A stretch of 52,400 bases of DNA from positions 1 to 52,400 of the IMG/VR virus record IMGVR_UViG_3300042321_002898; one strand, given 5' to 3'. How positions within the stretch are numbered: the stretch's first letter is position 1; each line of letters begins with the position of its first letter. Both the position numbers and the translations under genes were made by a program. Of this stretch, positions 8,047-17,405 are shown piece by piece. The notes below the pieces were generated by a model, which saw only the letters and a program-made list of their open reading frames with translations, ran no database searches and was not told the origin of the DNA. This stretch comes from a virus. Lineage: Duplodnaviria > Caudoviricetes.

Positions 8047-9255
8047 TTAGAGTCCCGTTGAACTGGTCAGGCAGGTCTCGAGGCCGGTGTCGAAGGTGCA
8101 GCGCTTGTAGGCGAAGGGCACCACGGCATGCGGCCGGATCGGCTGGTATGCCCGGCTGATCTGGTAGATGTGCTGCCCGTAGTCGAGGAACAGGTTGCAG
8201 TCGTTGTCACGCTGCGCGACCCATTCGAGCTCGCCCATGTGGAGCTGAGGCGCGAACTTGAACGATCCCTCGCCGGTGTAGCGCTCGGGCGTGAGCCGCG
8301 AGAAGCTGTCGCCGGCAACGAGGAAGCCAATCTCATACTGCGCCGAGACCCACGCGGGGTTGCGACGAGAACCCTTGCCGTTGGTGACGGACACGCCAAT
8401 CTCAGGCTCGATCAGGATGGGCTGACCAGAACCGTTGAGGGCGTTGAAGCGGAGAGGCTGACTGTCGACGCCGAGGGCGAATCCGCGATACCCCTGGAAC
8501 GAGTAACCCGTGAGGGCCTCATTGCCGAGGCGGAACGAACCGGCTGTGACGTAGAGCAGGTCTTCTTTGACGTCTGCATCGTTGCGGAAGGCTTCGATCT
8601 GGTCGATCGAGGCGATCACCATGAAGAAGTCACCGCGCTCGGTGCCGAAGGGCTCCGCGAGGAGATCCTCACGCAGGAGAGTTCCGAGCTTGTAGAGCGT
8701 GCGGAAGTTCATCTGCGCGTCGGGCAGCGAGTTGTAGAACGGAGTGTCGATCTGCTGGGAATCGCCGGTGACAAGATTGTCAAAGGAGACGCCCTTCTTG
8801 GCGACGAACTTGACACCGGAGCGACGCAGGAGCGTGGCACGGATGTCGGAGTTCATGATCTGCAGGATTCCTTTTTCCAGGGCCATCTGGGCCTGGAGAT
8901 AGGCGCCCTTGAACGCGGTGCGGCTGGTCTTCACGCAGACGCGAGGACCGCGGCCACGAAGGGACTGCAGCTGATATTGGTATTCGGTCGAGCCGACTTC
9001 ATCCGGGTCGGCGCCGACACCGCAGAGTTCGACGTCGTTGGTGAACGAGGGCTCTGAGAGCGATGCGTTCATCACGGCGCGTTCCTGCACGACTGAGCGG
9101 ACGACATCCGAGACGTTCGGAATGGTTCCGCCCTTGAGGACGTTCATATACGGACTCTTGCGAGCCAGGACCTTTGCGATCTGGCCGACAATACGGTTGA
9201 CGTCCTTGGCCGCGAAATTCTGTACGGCCGACAGATCAATACAATCATTAGGCAT
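8047..9255 (-). CDS. Major capsid protein (putative)
   Basis: 402 aa from MPNDCIDLS; strongly biased codon usage; own upstream leader and downstream hairpin; lies downstream of portal and scaffold. Called on context, not on a recognised motif. Confidence 0.7.
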   Translation of the reverse strand: MPNDCIDLSAVQNFAAKDVNRIVGQIAKVLARKSPYMNVLKGGTIPNVSDVVRSVVQERAVMNASLSEPSFTNDVELCGVGADPDEVGSTEYQYQLQSLRGRGPRVCVKTSRTAFKGAYLQAQMALEKGILQIMNSDIRATLLRRSGVKFVAKKGVSFDNLVTGDSQQIDTPFYNSLPDAQMNFRTLYKLGTLLREDLLAEPFGTERGDFFMVIASIDQIEAFRNDADVKEDLLYVTAGSFRLGNEALTGYSFQGYRGFALGVDSQPLRFNALNGSGQPILIEPEIGVSVTNGKGSRRNPAWVSAQYEIGFLVAGDSFSRLTPERYTGEGSFKFAPQLHMGELEWVAQRDNDCNLFLDYGQHIYQISRAYQPIRPHAVVPFAYKRCTFDTGLETCLTSSTGL

Positions 9256-9418
9256 ATTGCTTGTGCTTTCTAACTGAGGTTTAGGTTTGAATGGCAACGT
9301 GTCTTCAGACGCGTCGTCGTTCTCTCTGTCCTCGGCACGTTAGGACTGTGTGCGGCCTGTTTGCAGCGGCTGGACCGCGGCTCCCCGATCGCTTTCGGCG
9401 ATCAATCGCAAGAGCAAG

Positions 9419-10171
9419 CTATCCCTGCTGAGAGAGAATGGAAAAGCTTTTTTTCTGCGAAGAAACCAGGCGTCGCCTCGCCCAGTCGCGCGCGGTTGAG
9501 TCCTTCACGCCATGGAGCCAGACGCAGCCGTCTCTCAGCAGATGCTCGAAGACAAACGGCTCGACGTTTCTTGCCCTATAGAGATTTCTGATCTCTGGGA
9601 TGTCCTCCCACCCGAGCTGATGAAAGACGTTGGCAAGATACGTGTCCCAGCAGACTCCTGTCGCGCACCCGGCGAGGCGCGGATCAAGCGTGACCGTGAG
9701 GGGATCAAACAGGGCATTTCCATTGATGTGCCCGACCTCGTGCTCGCCGCTCGGATGCCAACATCCGGCCACCATGGACTCGGCCCGGTCCCATGCGGCA
9801 AGCAGTCTCTGCGGCCAGTCGCGGACGAGCGGGATCGCGTCTGCCTCGGTCGTCAGGACGCAGTCATACTTCCACTCCTTCGACCGGTGCATCGCGGCCA
9901 CGTGCTGCATCGTGTCGCACCACACGCCGTTGGGACCCGCAGGAAATCCGGTCTCATGGCGCCTTGAGCGGTAGGATCTCACGACTGAAAAAGATCCGCC
10001 CAGCAGTTCCTCGAGCTCTCTGGGTCTCGGACAGTCGCGGCGGTAGACGAGCATGGCGTCGACGTCCTGATACGGAGTCTTGTCGGTGATCTCGGCGTGG
10101 AGTCTTGCCACCTCGGTCGCCATGTCGACGTCGCCGTGCCAGACCTGAAGAACGTAAAGGAGGCGGCTCAT
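9419..10171 (-). CDS. GT-A-fold glycosyltransferase-like protein (paralogue of 11801..12553)
   Basis: TEAD (DxD-like) after a beta strand, HINGNA, WD and C-terminal LHGVKD; adjacent to the GDP-fucose synthase. Confidence 0.55.
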   Translation of the reverse strand: MSRLLYVLQVWHGDVDMATEVARLHAEITDKTPYQDVDAMLVYRRDCPRPRELEELLGGSFSVVRSYRSRRHETGFPAGPNGVWCDTMQHVAAMHRSKEWKYDCVLTTEADAIPLVRDWPQRLLAAWDRAESMVAGCWHPSGEHEVGHINGNALFDPLTVTLDPRLAGCATGVCWDTYLANVFHQLGWEDIPEIRNLYRARNVEPFVFEHLLRDGCVWLHGVKDSTARDWARRRLVSSQKKSFSILSQQG

Positions 10172-11079
10172 AGACCACGGGGAGGGACGGAATGAAAGTC
10201 ATTCCAGGCAAGAGACAGGCCCTCATGCAGCGAGACTCTCGGGCTCCAGCCGAGGCTCTTGAGTTTTGACACATCAAACGTCTTGCGAGGAATTCCCACG
10301 GGCTGGCTGGTGTCCCACTTTACCTCCAGGTCAAGGCCAGACACCTCTGCCAGCGCCGACACCAGCTCACGGATGCTGTGGCTCAGCCCTGTCCCGATCG
10401 ATATGACCTCTGGCGATTCCCATCCCTGGATCACCGCGTCGATCGCGGAGGCCACGTCGTCAGAATAGATGAATTCACGCACCGCCGAGCCGTCGCCCCA
10501 CACGACGGGCGAACTCGACGTCGCCCGAGCCTCGCTGAACTTGCGGATCAGTGATGGAATGACATGCGCATTGACGCCATAGTTGTCGTTCGTGCCATAG
10601 ATGTTCGAGGGATTCACCGTGATGAAACGTCTGCCAAACTCTTCCCAGTATGCCTTGCACAGTCTCCAGCCGGCTATCTTTGCGATCGCGTAGGCCTCGA
10701 CGGAATCATCCAGTCGTCCGGTCAACAGGGACTCCTCGGGAACTGGCAGGGCGGCGTCTCGCGGAAACATGCACGATGTTCCGATGAAGATCAGGGTCTC
10801 CACGCCGTGGCGCGCGCACGACGAAATCACGTTGTTCTGCATCTGCAGATTGTCGAGCAAAAAAGTCACGGGATGGCGCTTGTTGGCATGCACTCCTCCC
10901 ACTCGGGCCGCACAATGAATGACCTCGTCGGGCCCATGCTGTTCAAAAAATTGCTGAACGTCTCTCTCAATCAGGCAGTCTCCCTGAAAGAGCACAATGT
11001 CGCGCGACTCAGAAAAGTGTCTCACGCACGCAGAACCGAGCAGTCCCCGGTGTCCAGTGATGGCCATCGTTTTTTTCAT
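10168..11079 (-). CDS. fcl: GDP-L-fucose synthase (GDP-4-keto-6-deoxymannose epimerase/reductase)
   Basis: ITGHRGLLGS, AARVGG, GTSC, YAIAK (YxxxK), NIYG, HVIP, VWGDG and REFIYSDD form the full Fcl/WcaG motif set. Confidence 0.9.
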   Translation of the reverse strand: MKKTMAITGHRGLLGSACVRHFSESRDIVLFQGDCLIERDVQQFFEQHGPDEVIHCAARVGGVHANKRHPVTFLLDNLQMQNNVISSCARHGVETLIFIGTSCMFPRDAALPVPEESLLTGRLDDSVEAYAIAKIAGWRLCKAYWEEFGRRFITVNPSNIYGTNDNYGVNAHVIPSLIRKFSEARATSSSPVVWGDGSAVREFIYSDDVASAIDAVIQGWESPEVISIGTGLSHSIRELVSALAEVSGLDLEVKWDTSQPVGIPRKTFDVSKLKSLGWSPRVSLHEGLSLAWNDFHSVPPRGL

Positions 11080-11804
11080 GATCTGGTCAGGGTCGCGGCA
11101 TACAGCCGCATCAGCTCGTCCTTGACGCGGGCTGACTTCACGGAGTGCAGGCAGACTGCCCCATGATTGAGCACTCGGTCAGACAAGACCGCGAGCCCGA
11201 GTGGCGTCACCGTCTCGCAGCTCGCGCCATGAGTGAACGGGAGATGCTTCACGCCCGCCGCGGCACAGGCCACAACAAACCACCAGTCGATGAAAGGAGT
11301 GATCGGACAGGCCTGCAGTCCGAACGTGGCCTCGACAATCTTCTCAAGACAGCGGCGAGACATGAAATATGGCGGCTGCATGGCAATGAGAGGAAAACCC
11401 CTGTGGTAATCCATGCTCCACGTGGTTCCTTCGTATGTCTCTCCGGGAATCCGGAAATCTGCGACCTCGTTGCTGTAGACGACTCCCTGATCTGCAAAGA
11501 GATATTCAGGAAGCTGCGCGCTGCACACGAACGAGTCAGAATCATTCATGAGATACCAGTCAAAGTCGTATTCGAGAAGCAGTTTCAACTGCAGCCACTG
11601 GCGATCCCACGAGTCCTGACCGACATATGCCCGTTTTCCGGCAAACCTGCAGATGTGAGGCCCGACTCCAGAGATCGGAGAATCTTCAGGAGAGACGATG
11701 ACCAGCGGACACTGGTGATGCTCAAACACCGGAAGCAGATCAAAGACCTGAGCAGCATCGCCCGCGTAGCCATGCACGGACACCAGTGTCTTGCGGTTGT
11801 TCAT
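11076..11804 (-). CDS. GT-A-fold glycosyltransferase-like protein
   Basis: YDFDWYLMNDSDSF (DxD), PYFMSR, C-terminal LHSVK; distant relative of the two flanking paralogues. Confidence 0.55.
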   Translation of the reverse strand: MNNRKTLVSVHGYAGDAAQVFDLLPVFEHHQCPLVIVSPEDSPISGVGPHICRFAGKRAYVGQDSWDRQWLQLKLLLEYDFDWYLMNDSDSFVCSAQLPEYLFADQGVVYSNEVADFRIPGETYEGTTWSMDYHRGFPLIAMQPPYFMSRRCLEKIVEATFGLQACPITPFIDWWFVVACAAAGVKHLPFTHGASCETVTPLGLAVLSDRVLNHGAVCLHSVKSARVKDELMRLYAATLTRS

Positions 11805-12553
11805 ATCCCGAATCTTTCTCTCACGGCCCTTATGGCCGAGTCATCCTTGACTCCATGATAGAGCACTGGAACTTTTTTTTCCTTTCTGGGAGAAAATAAT
11901 TCTTCAGGAGTTATGCTCTTTCTGCGGTAGTCCAGGTGGATGAGAGGGGTGTCGCGCGCCACGGGATGCAGCCGCACGCCGTGATACCAGTCCCATCCGA
12001 CAGTTCCGGGAGATCCAACCAATGCCGGAACATGCTTAAGGATGTCCCAGCGGTATATCGCGGCCGCGTTGATGTGAAACTTGCCGCCGTTGAAACTTCC
12101 TGGAATGAAACTTCCGCACACGAGTTTTCCCGCGGTCTGGGCGCGGCGCCACTCGTCGATGAATTCATGATTCCAGGTGCGGCTCAGCATGACGCAGTCG
12201 GCCTCGATCAACAGCACACCATCGATGTGCAAAAAATCGTGCCGGTTGCAGAACATGAAATCAAACAGATCGAACGCGAGCTCGTTGCATCCCATGGGAA
12301 AACCCACTCCCTTGCGGCGCGAACGGCGCACATGGACTCTTGCAAATTTTTCTTCGCAGTGGTGCACGATGCCCGTGTCGGGCTTCTCACAGTCGAACCG
12401 TCTCTGAAAAAGAAGCTCGACGTTTGACTGCCGCGACGGAAGCAGGTCGCTCAGCAGCCTGGCCACCTCGCGCGCCATCTCCCAGTCGCCCTGCCAGTAT
12501 GCCAGACAGACCAACAGCGAACTCTTGTCGGAGTCTGACTCTGTCTCGGTCAT
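11801..12553 (-). CDS. GT-A-fold glycosyltransferase-like protein (paralogue of 9419..10171)
   Basis: VLLIEADC, HINAAAIY, GWDW, YHGVKD. Confidence 0.55.
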   Translation of the reverse strand: MTETESDSDKSSLLVCLAYWQGDWEMAREVARLLSDLLPSRQSNVELLFQRRFDCEKPDTGIVHHCEEKFARVHVRRSRRKGVGFPMGCNELAFDLFDFMFCNRHDFLHIDGVLLIEADCVMLSRTWNHEFIDEWRRAQTAGKLVCGSFIPGSFNGGKFHINAAAIYRWDILKHVPALVGSPGTVGWDWYHGVRLHPVARDTPLIHLDYRRKSITPEELFSPRKEKKVPVLYHGVKDDSAIRAVRERFGI

Positions 12554-13377
12554 AGAACCTCGTCAAGGGCTGAAGTGTGCATGCCATAGACCCCATGACC
12601 GACATGGAGTGCGTGAAGCATCGTGTCGACATGCGGCTGGAATCCGCATTCTTTTGCCCTGGCACAGAAGGCGATGTCCTCTCCTCGGCCATCATTCTCT
12701 GGCTGGAAAAAGTTGAATGGCATCTCGGGATTGGTCGGATTGAGCTCTGGAAACTTGGTCTGCATCGTCTCGAGCACCCGGCGGTGGATGAGCAGACAGC
12801 CGGTCCCGATCCAGTCGCAGGGCATGGTCCCGTCGTGGAACGAGGCCGCCCTCGCCCGGTAGGTCTGGTCGAGCGCCAGACTGTTGACCGCGCGTCCCCT
12901 GGGATGCCTGGTGAAGTAGGTGGCTCCGACGATGTCAGCACCATGGCCGATGAGCCGGTGCGCGACGTGCAGCGCCGTGGGAGCCGTGGGATACGAATCT
13001 GGCAGTCGGCACATCGCACGAAGGAAATCTGGGCGTCCGATCGGAGGAATCATGTCATCGTCGAGAAACAGGATCCACTGGGCCTGGGTCGCAAGAAACT
13101 TCATTGCCAGCTCGTTGCGGGCATGGTAGATCATCGCGTCGCCGACCTGCATGTCAAACCGGACCTTCTCCTTGCCGAGATCGAGCGCGATCGCGAGAAG
13201 ACACCAGGCCGTGGCCGGGTTGGTCTGCTTGTAGCAGGGAAAGCCGACAAACAGGTCACGCCCCAGCCACTCGGCCTCCTGCTTCCAGCCCAGCGGAGCC
13301 TGGGTCTGAATGACAGTCGTGGGCCCGAGATCGAGATCGTCGGGGTCGATCCCGTCGATTCGTCCGGTGTGGCTCAT
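12550..13377 (-). CDS. GT2-like glycosyltransferase
   Basis: VGFPCY, HARNEL, ILFLDDDM, IGTGCLLIHR, GEDIAFC and terminal H: the canonical GT-A/GT2 pattern. Confidence 0.8.
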   Translation of the reverse strand: MSHTGRIDGIDPDDLDLGPTTVIQTQAPLGWKQEAEWLGRDLFVGFPCYKQTNPATAWCLLAIALDLGKEKVRFDMQVGDAMIYHARNELAMKFLATQAQWILFLDDDMIPPIGRPDFLRAMCRLPDSYPTAPTALHVAHRLIGHGADIVGATYFTRHPRGRAVNSLALDQTYRARAASFHDGTMPCDWIGTGCLLIHRRVLETMQTKFPELNPTNPEMPFNFFQPENDGRGEDIAFCARAKECGFQPHVDTMLHALHVGHGVYGMHTSALDEVL

Positions 13378-14666
13378 GACATGGCAGACTCGGCGGCCAT
13401 GAGGCCGACCTCGATGGCATCCTCGTCAGAGAGCTTGTTGGGATCGGCCGACTCGGTGGCGGGCTTGCGTCCGCCCTGACGGGCAGATGGCGCCTTGCCG
13501 GCGTTCTTCACGGCCTCGAGCGCCTTTTCTGCCTTCTCGGCGCGCTCGTTGGCGGTCTGAAGACGCGCACCCAGATCGGTGACGGACTCGGCAAGCTTGA
13601 CGCTCGCGACGGCGGCGGCCGCGACCTCGGCGCGCGCCTGCGGGGTCTGCGGATACAGGGCCTCGCGGAAGCGCGTCTCGAGTTCCTCGACAGTCTTGTT
13701 GTGCTCAGTGATTCTCTTTGCCTCGTCTGGCTTGGCGCCAGGAGGAACTTCCTGATACCGCGCCCACGGGACCTTCTCGGTCATCTGGTCGACGTGCGTG
13801 AATATCTCCTGTTCGAACTGCTGCAACTGAGCCTGCTGCTGTTGCTCGCGGTATTGGGCATAGGAATCCCGGTAAGACTTGAATTCTTCAAGCGCCTTGA
13901 ATCGACTCTCTGAGACATCTGCGCGTTCGGCCAGCCGCTTGCGGATGCGCTCCTTGTCGACAAATGAGAGCTTGTCAAGAACAGACTCCTCCCACCACTT
14001 GGGAGACACCTTGTCAATGCCAATTTGCCTGAGCTGTTTTTCTGTGTCCTCAGGAAGGCCGTTTTTGCGCAGTATGGAAAAAACGTCTTCTTCGATGCCC
14101 TGAAGCTTGGCATCAAACATTTCCCTGAATTCCGGATCGTTTTCAGTGTCATAAAGAGCCCTGAAGGCACGAAGTTCTGTGAGTTCGTTGATCACCTCGT
14201 CGGGAACCCGCACCGGACTTTTTTGGACCTCGGCGAGCTGCTGCTCCATCTCCGCGGCGCGGGATGCCTGGGCCTTGAAATGACGGGCGACGTCACGCAG
14301 TTTGTCAAAATTGACGAGATTGCGGGGACTGATGTCCGCGGGCGGCTGGATCGCGTCGAGATCGATCTGCTCGAATTCTCTGGCGACGTCCTCCGGAGAC
14401 GGCTCTGGGGCCTTTTCTTCGGCTGGCTTCTCGCCGTCTGGCTGACTGTCGGGCGGCTGCTCGTCGGCAGGCGGCTGATCTGCCGGCTTCTCATCGGACA
14501 GAGGAGCCGCTGAGGTCTCGGGCATCTCTTCTCCCGGATCAAGAATTCCGGCAGCTCGCATCGCCTCGTCGAGACTGTTCATGTTGTCCTGTGTGGGTGG
14601 TTCGACATGCCCGAGGTCAAGTTCCTGGGGCACGCCCTCGCTGGTCACTGGTTTTTCTGCTGACAT
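13374..14666 (-). CDS. Capsid scaffolding protein (putative)
   Basis: Acidic, Pro-rich N-terminus and long coiled-coil region; located between portal and capsid genes. Confidence 0.6.
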   Translation of the reverse strand: MSAEKPVTSEGVPQELDLGHVEPPTQDNMNSLDEAMRAAGILDPGEEMPETSAAPLSDEKPADQPPADEQPPDSQPDGEKPAEEKAPEPSPEDVAREFEQIDLDAIQPPADISPRNLVNFDKLRDVARHFKAQASRAAEMEQQLAEVQKSPVRVPDEVINELTELRAFRALYDTENDPEFREMFDAKLQGIEEDVFSILRKNGLPEDTEKQLRQIGIDKVSPKWWEESVLDKLSFVDKERIRKRLAERADVSESRFKALEEFKSYRDSYAQYREQQQQAQLQQFEQEIFTHVDQMTEKVPWARYQEVPPGAKPDEAKRITEHNKTVEELETRFREALYPQTPQARAEVAAAAVASVKLAESVTDLGARLQTANERAEKAEKALEAVKNAGKAPSARQGGRKPATESADPNKLSDEDAIEVGLMAAESAMS

Positions 14667-14671
14667 AGTCT

Positions 14672-14845
14672 TTATTTCTTTTTGGCCGTCCTGGCCGAGT
14701 CACGAAAATCCTTGGCAGAGGGAGCCTTTTTTGATCCTGGCTTTCTCATTCGCTCGCCAGAGCCCGCCTTGATCCGGCGGCGCTTGGCATGGATGTTTGC
14801 GTAGAGGCCCGCGGCGGCGCTTTTTACCTTGTCTGCGTCCTTCAT
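14672..14845 (-). CDS. Small basic phage protein (57 aa)
   Basis: Hand translation MKDADKVKSAAAGLYANIHAKRRRIKAGSGERMRKPGSKKAPSAKDFRDSARTAKKK; ATGA overlap upstream. I recall the GLYANIHAKR motif from aquatic phage hypothetical proteins. Confidence 0.7.
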   Translation of the reverse strand: MKDADKVKSAAAGLYANIHAKRRRIKAGSGERMRKPGSKKAPSAKDFRDSARTAKKK

Positions 14846-15108
14846 GTCATGTCTCGGTATTCAGGGTTGACCTGCTCGCGGCGCTGAACGTCGGCGAGCG
14901 CGAAGAAATTTCTCTCGTAGTCGTCCCAGCCGGCGCGCATCGCGGCCACTCGGGCGACGGCCTCGGCGTCATTCTTGAGAACTGTCTCGGCATCAACGAC
15001 GGCCGGACACATGTCTCGCATCACCTCGGCGATTCGTTCACGCGGGACACGCCGAAAGAACTCGCGCAGGGACGTCGAATCTTCTGAAGACCATGGAACA
15101 GAGCTCAT
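14842..15108 (-). CDS. Hypothetical head-module protein (88 aa)
   Basis: Tightly packed after the portal gene, in the slot where small portal-downstream genes usually sit. Confidence 0.6.
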   Translation of the reverse strand: MSSVPWSSEDSTSLREFFRRVPRERIAEVMRDMCPAVVDAETVLKNDAEAVARVAAMRAGWDDYERNFFALADVQRREQVNPEYRDMT

Positions 15109-15113
15109 TCAGT

Positions 15114-17402
15114 TCATCCTCCTGCGGGCGGGGTGGGACGCGCGGGCGACGCGACAGAAGCGACGGCAGATTGAATTCCTCCGGCCACGCCGGAGGGCGT
15201 GGTCTCCGCGGGCGCGGCAGAAGACGGAGAGACGGAGGTCACCGGGGCCGCACCCGGAGAGGTCGCGGGCGCGACGGCAGCGGCGGCACGTCCCTCGGTC
15301 GTGGGACCCTGGATCAGGGCCCGTGCCTCCTCGAGGATTTCAGTGATCTCTGAGAGCATGGCGGGCTTGATTCCCTTCTGGAGGGCAGACTGGACGTGCT
15401 GATCGGCATGCTGCAGGGAAATCTCAAGAAGCTGCGCGCTCGATCCGAGCGGAATCTCAGAGGAGAGCAGCGGGGCAATCCGGCTGATGATTGCGTTGAG
15501 ATGGACCATGTCGTCGTCGGTGGTGTCGACTGGCACGGGAGTCCCGTTGAGAAGAGTGGTCAGCTCAATGAGCTGCTGGCGATGCTGTTTGAGGGCAGAC
15601 AAGGGACTGAGATCCACGTTGAGCAGACGCTCCGCGGCCGCTCCTCCGAGCTTGGAGGCGATGTCACGGCGCTTGAGCTCGACCGTGTCGATGGTCGGGT
15701 CTGCGGAATAGCGGCTCACGATCATTTCGAGGACACCGGACTGAGAGGCAATGGCATCCTCGACGCTCGCACGGCTCGACGAGTTGGCAAGAATCGCGAT
15801 CTGCGAGACGGTCATTCCCTTTTCCAGCATCTCGAGGACTGCCTCGACGGCATCGGTGTCGAGCGACCGTGGAATCTCGACAAAGAAATACATGGCAGAC
15901 TCTCCGACGGACTCGAGAGACGTCCAGGTCTCGATGTCAAAGATTGGGGTCAGACCGGTCTGTTTTGACTCGATCATGACCTGGTTTGAAAACTGAAGAA
16001 TGTCGGCACGGCAGATGCGGCGCTGCAGCTGGTCGATGAGGGCAAACATCTGGTCGGCGAAGCGAGACAGCATCCCGGCGCGGATCTGCGCGTCGATCGA
16101 GGCCGTGTAGTTCACCTCTGACGCCGTGCGGCGCTGTCCCTGCTGGTCAAGAATCTGTCCGGGCATGAAGGCGCCGACCGCGATCTCGGCCTGCATCGTC
16201 GCGTGGCGGTCGAGCGCAAAGAACGCCTCTGAGTTGATCTCAAAGGAAACCTTCTCGAGAACCTCGTAGCCCTCGCCGACGATCGCAAACGGATGGTTGA
16301 CGGTGAGGCTCGGGGTCTCCACGGAACCGGCGCCGGCTCTGCTCGTGCGGCGCAGGACCATCAGGCCAGAAAGGTGAAGAGCATCCTGGATGAGGTTGCG
16401 CGCCTGCTCGACCGAGACGTGCGTGTTGTAGAGTGCGCGGCCCGCTCCGCGAGAACCATGGAGCGTGCGGTCACCGACCTCGGCAGAGAAGAGACTCAGA
16501 CACTGCTCCATCTTGTCGTAGCGGGCACGGCGGAAGAACAGCGGGACGCCGTCCTCGCGGTCAAAGATGTAGTGATCGACGCCGCCGGCCGGGTTGGTCG
16601 CAAAGATGTGACCCGCCTTGACAACGCGGATCGACGAGGTGAAGCTGCTGGCAAGGTTGTTTTCGCGGATCAGGTCCTCGTAGACTCGCTCGTTCTCGGT
16701 GTTGGCCCGGTCCTCGAACTGCTTGGTCGACGTGTTGAGCTTCTTGACAAGATTCTCGACGCGCCAGCCGGCAAGAGAGGCAACCTCGGGATCACGGATC
16801 GTGTCAACGATGTCGTCAACAAAGAAGTCTTCCTTGAGGCCCCAGATCTTCACTCGGTTCGATTCCTGGGGACAGCCTACGTAGAACAGGGCCTCGTCAG
16901 ACCGATACATCTTCGGCTTCCAGGTGAACTCGTCCTCACGACCGACTGCGGCATAGCCGTAGGTCAGGTTCTCGTCGATGAGCTGAGAGAGAAAATCAGG
17001 CCAGCCCGTCCACTTACGAATGCAGTCCGTGATTGCCGTTCGGAAAGTATCCTCCAAGGCTTCGGTGCCGGAAGCTTCGTTCGGAAAGCGGCTGTAAGTC
17101 AAGAGGGGGAGCTGGTCGACCACCTGCCGGTATGGAGGAGTCAGGCGCTTGATCAGGGATGACATGAATCCCGTGGGCCGATTGCTCCGCCATGATTGCC
17201 CCGCGCCTCGCAGCTTTCGCGGATTCCACGGCTGCTCGCCGTTGATTTTGCGAGCGATCGCCGCGTTCTTGTTGTTGCGCTCCCGGTTGTCCTGCGTGAA
17301 GTTTTTGTAGGTCTGATAGGCCTGATCGAAGGTCAGGACTGCCGGAAGCACGGACCCCGTCTGCGGGTCGACTATATCGGCTGTTGAGGCGTCGTTTGGC
17401 AT
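15114..17402 (-). CDS. Portal protein (putative)
   Basis: 762 aa; follows the terminase; RTASEV motif (TATEV-like, seen in podoviral portals); low-complexity C-terminal tail. Confidence 0.65.
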   Translation of the reverse strand: MPNDASTADIVDPQTGSVLPAVLTFDQAYQTYKNFTQDNRERNNKNAAIARKINGEQPWNPRKLRGAGQSWRSNRPTGFMSSLIKRLTPPYRQVVDQLPLLTYSRFPNEASGTEALEDTFRTAITDCIRKWTGWPDFLSQLIDENLTYGYAAVGREDEFTWKPKMYRSDEALFYVGCPQESNRVKIWGLKEDFFVDDIVDTIRDPEVASLAGWRVENLVKKLNTSTKQFEDRANTENERVYEDLIRENNLASSFTSSIRVVKAGHIFATNPAGGVDHYIFDREDGVPLFFRRARYDKMEQCLSLFSAEVGDRTLHGSRGAGRALYNTHVSVEQARNLIQDALHLSGLMVLRRTSRAGAGSVETPSLTVNHPFAIVGEGYEVLEKVSFEINSEAFFALDRHATMQAEIAVGAFMPGQILDQQGQRRTASEVNYTASIDAQIRAGMLSRFADQMFALIDQLQRRICRADILQFSNQVMIESKQTGLTPIFDIETWTSLESVGESAMYFFVEIPRSLDTDAVEAVLEMLEKGMTVSQIAILANSSSRASVEDAIASQSGVLEMIVSRYSADPTIDTVELKRRDIASKLGGAAAERLLNVDLSPLSALKQHRQQLIELTTLLNGTPVPVDTTDDDMVHLNAIISRIAPLLSSEIPLGSSAQLLEISLQHADQHVQSALQKGIKPAMLSEITEILEEARALIQGPTTEGRAAAAVAPATSPGAAPVTSVSPSSAAPAETTPSGVAGGIQSAVASVASPARPTPPAGG

Positions 17403-17405
17403 TGT

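Noticed and set aside
9256-9418. Known riboswitch (for example c-di-GMP-I) in the capsid leader
   Set aside because: A GAAA-containing hairpin is present, but the surrounding conserved nucleotides and second stem do not match by eye.
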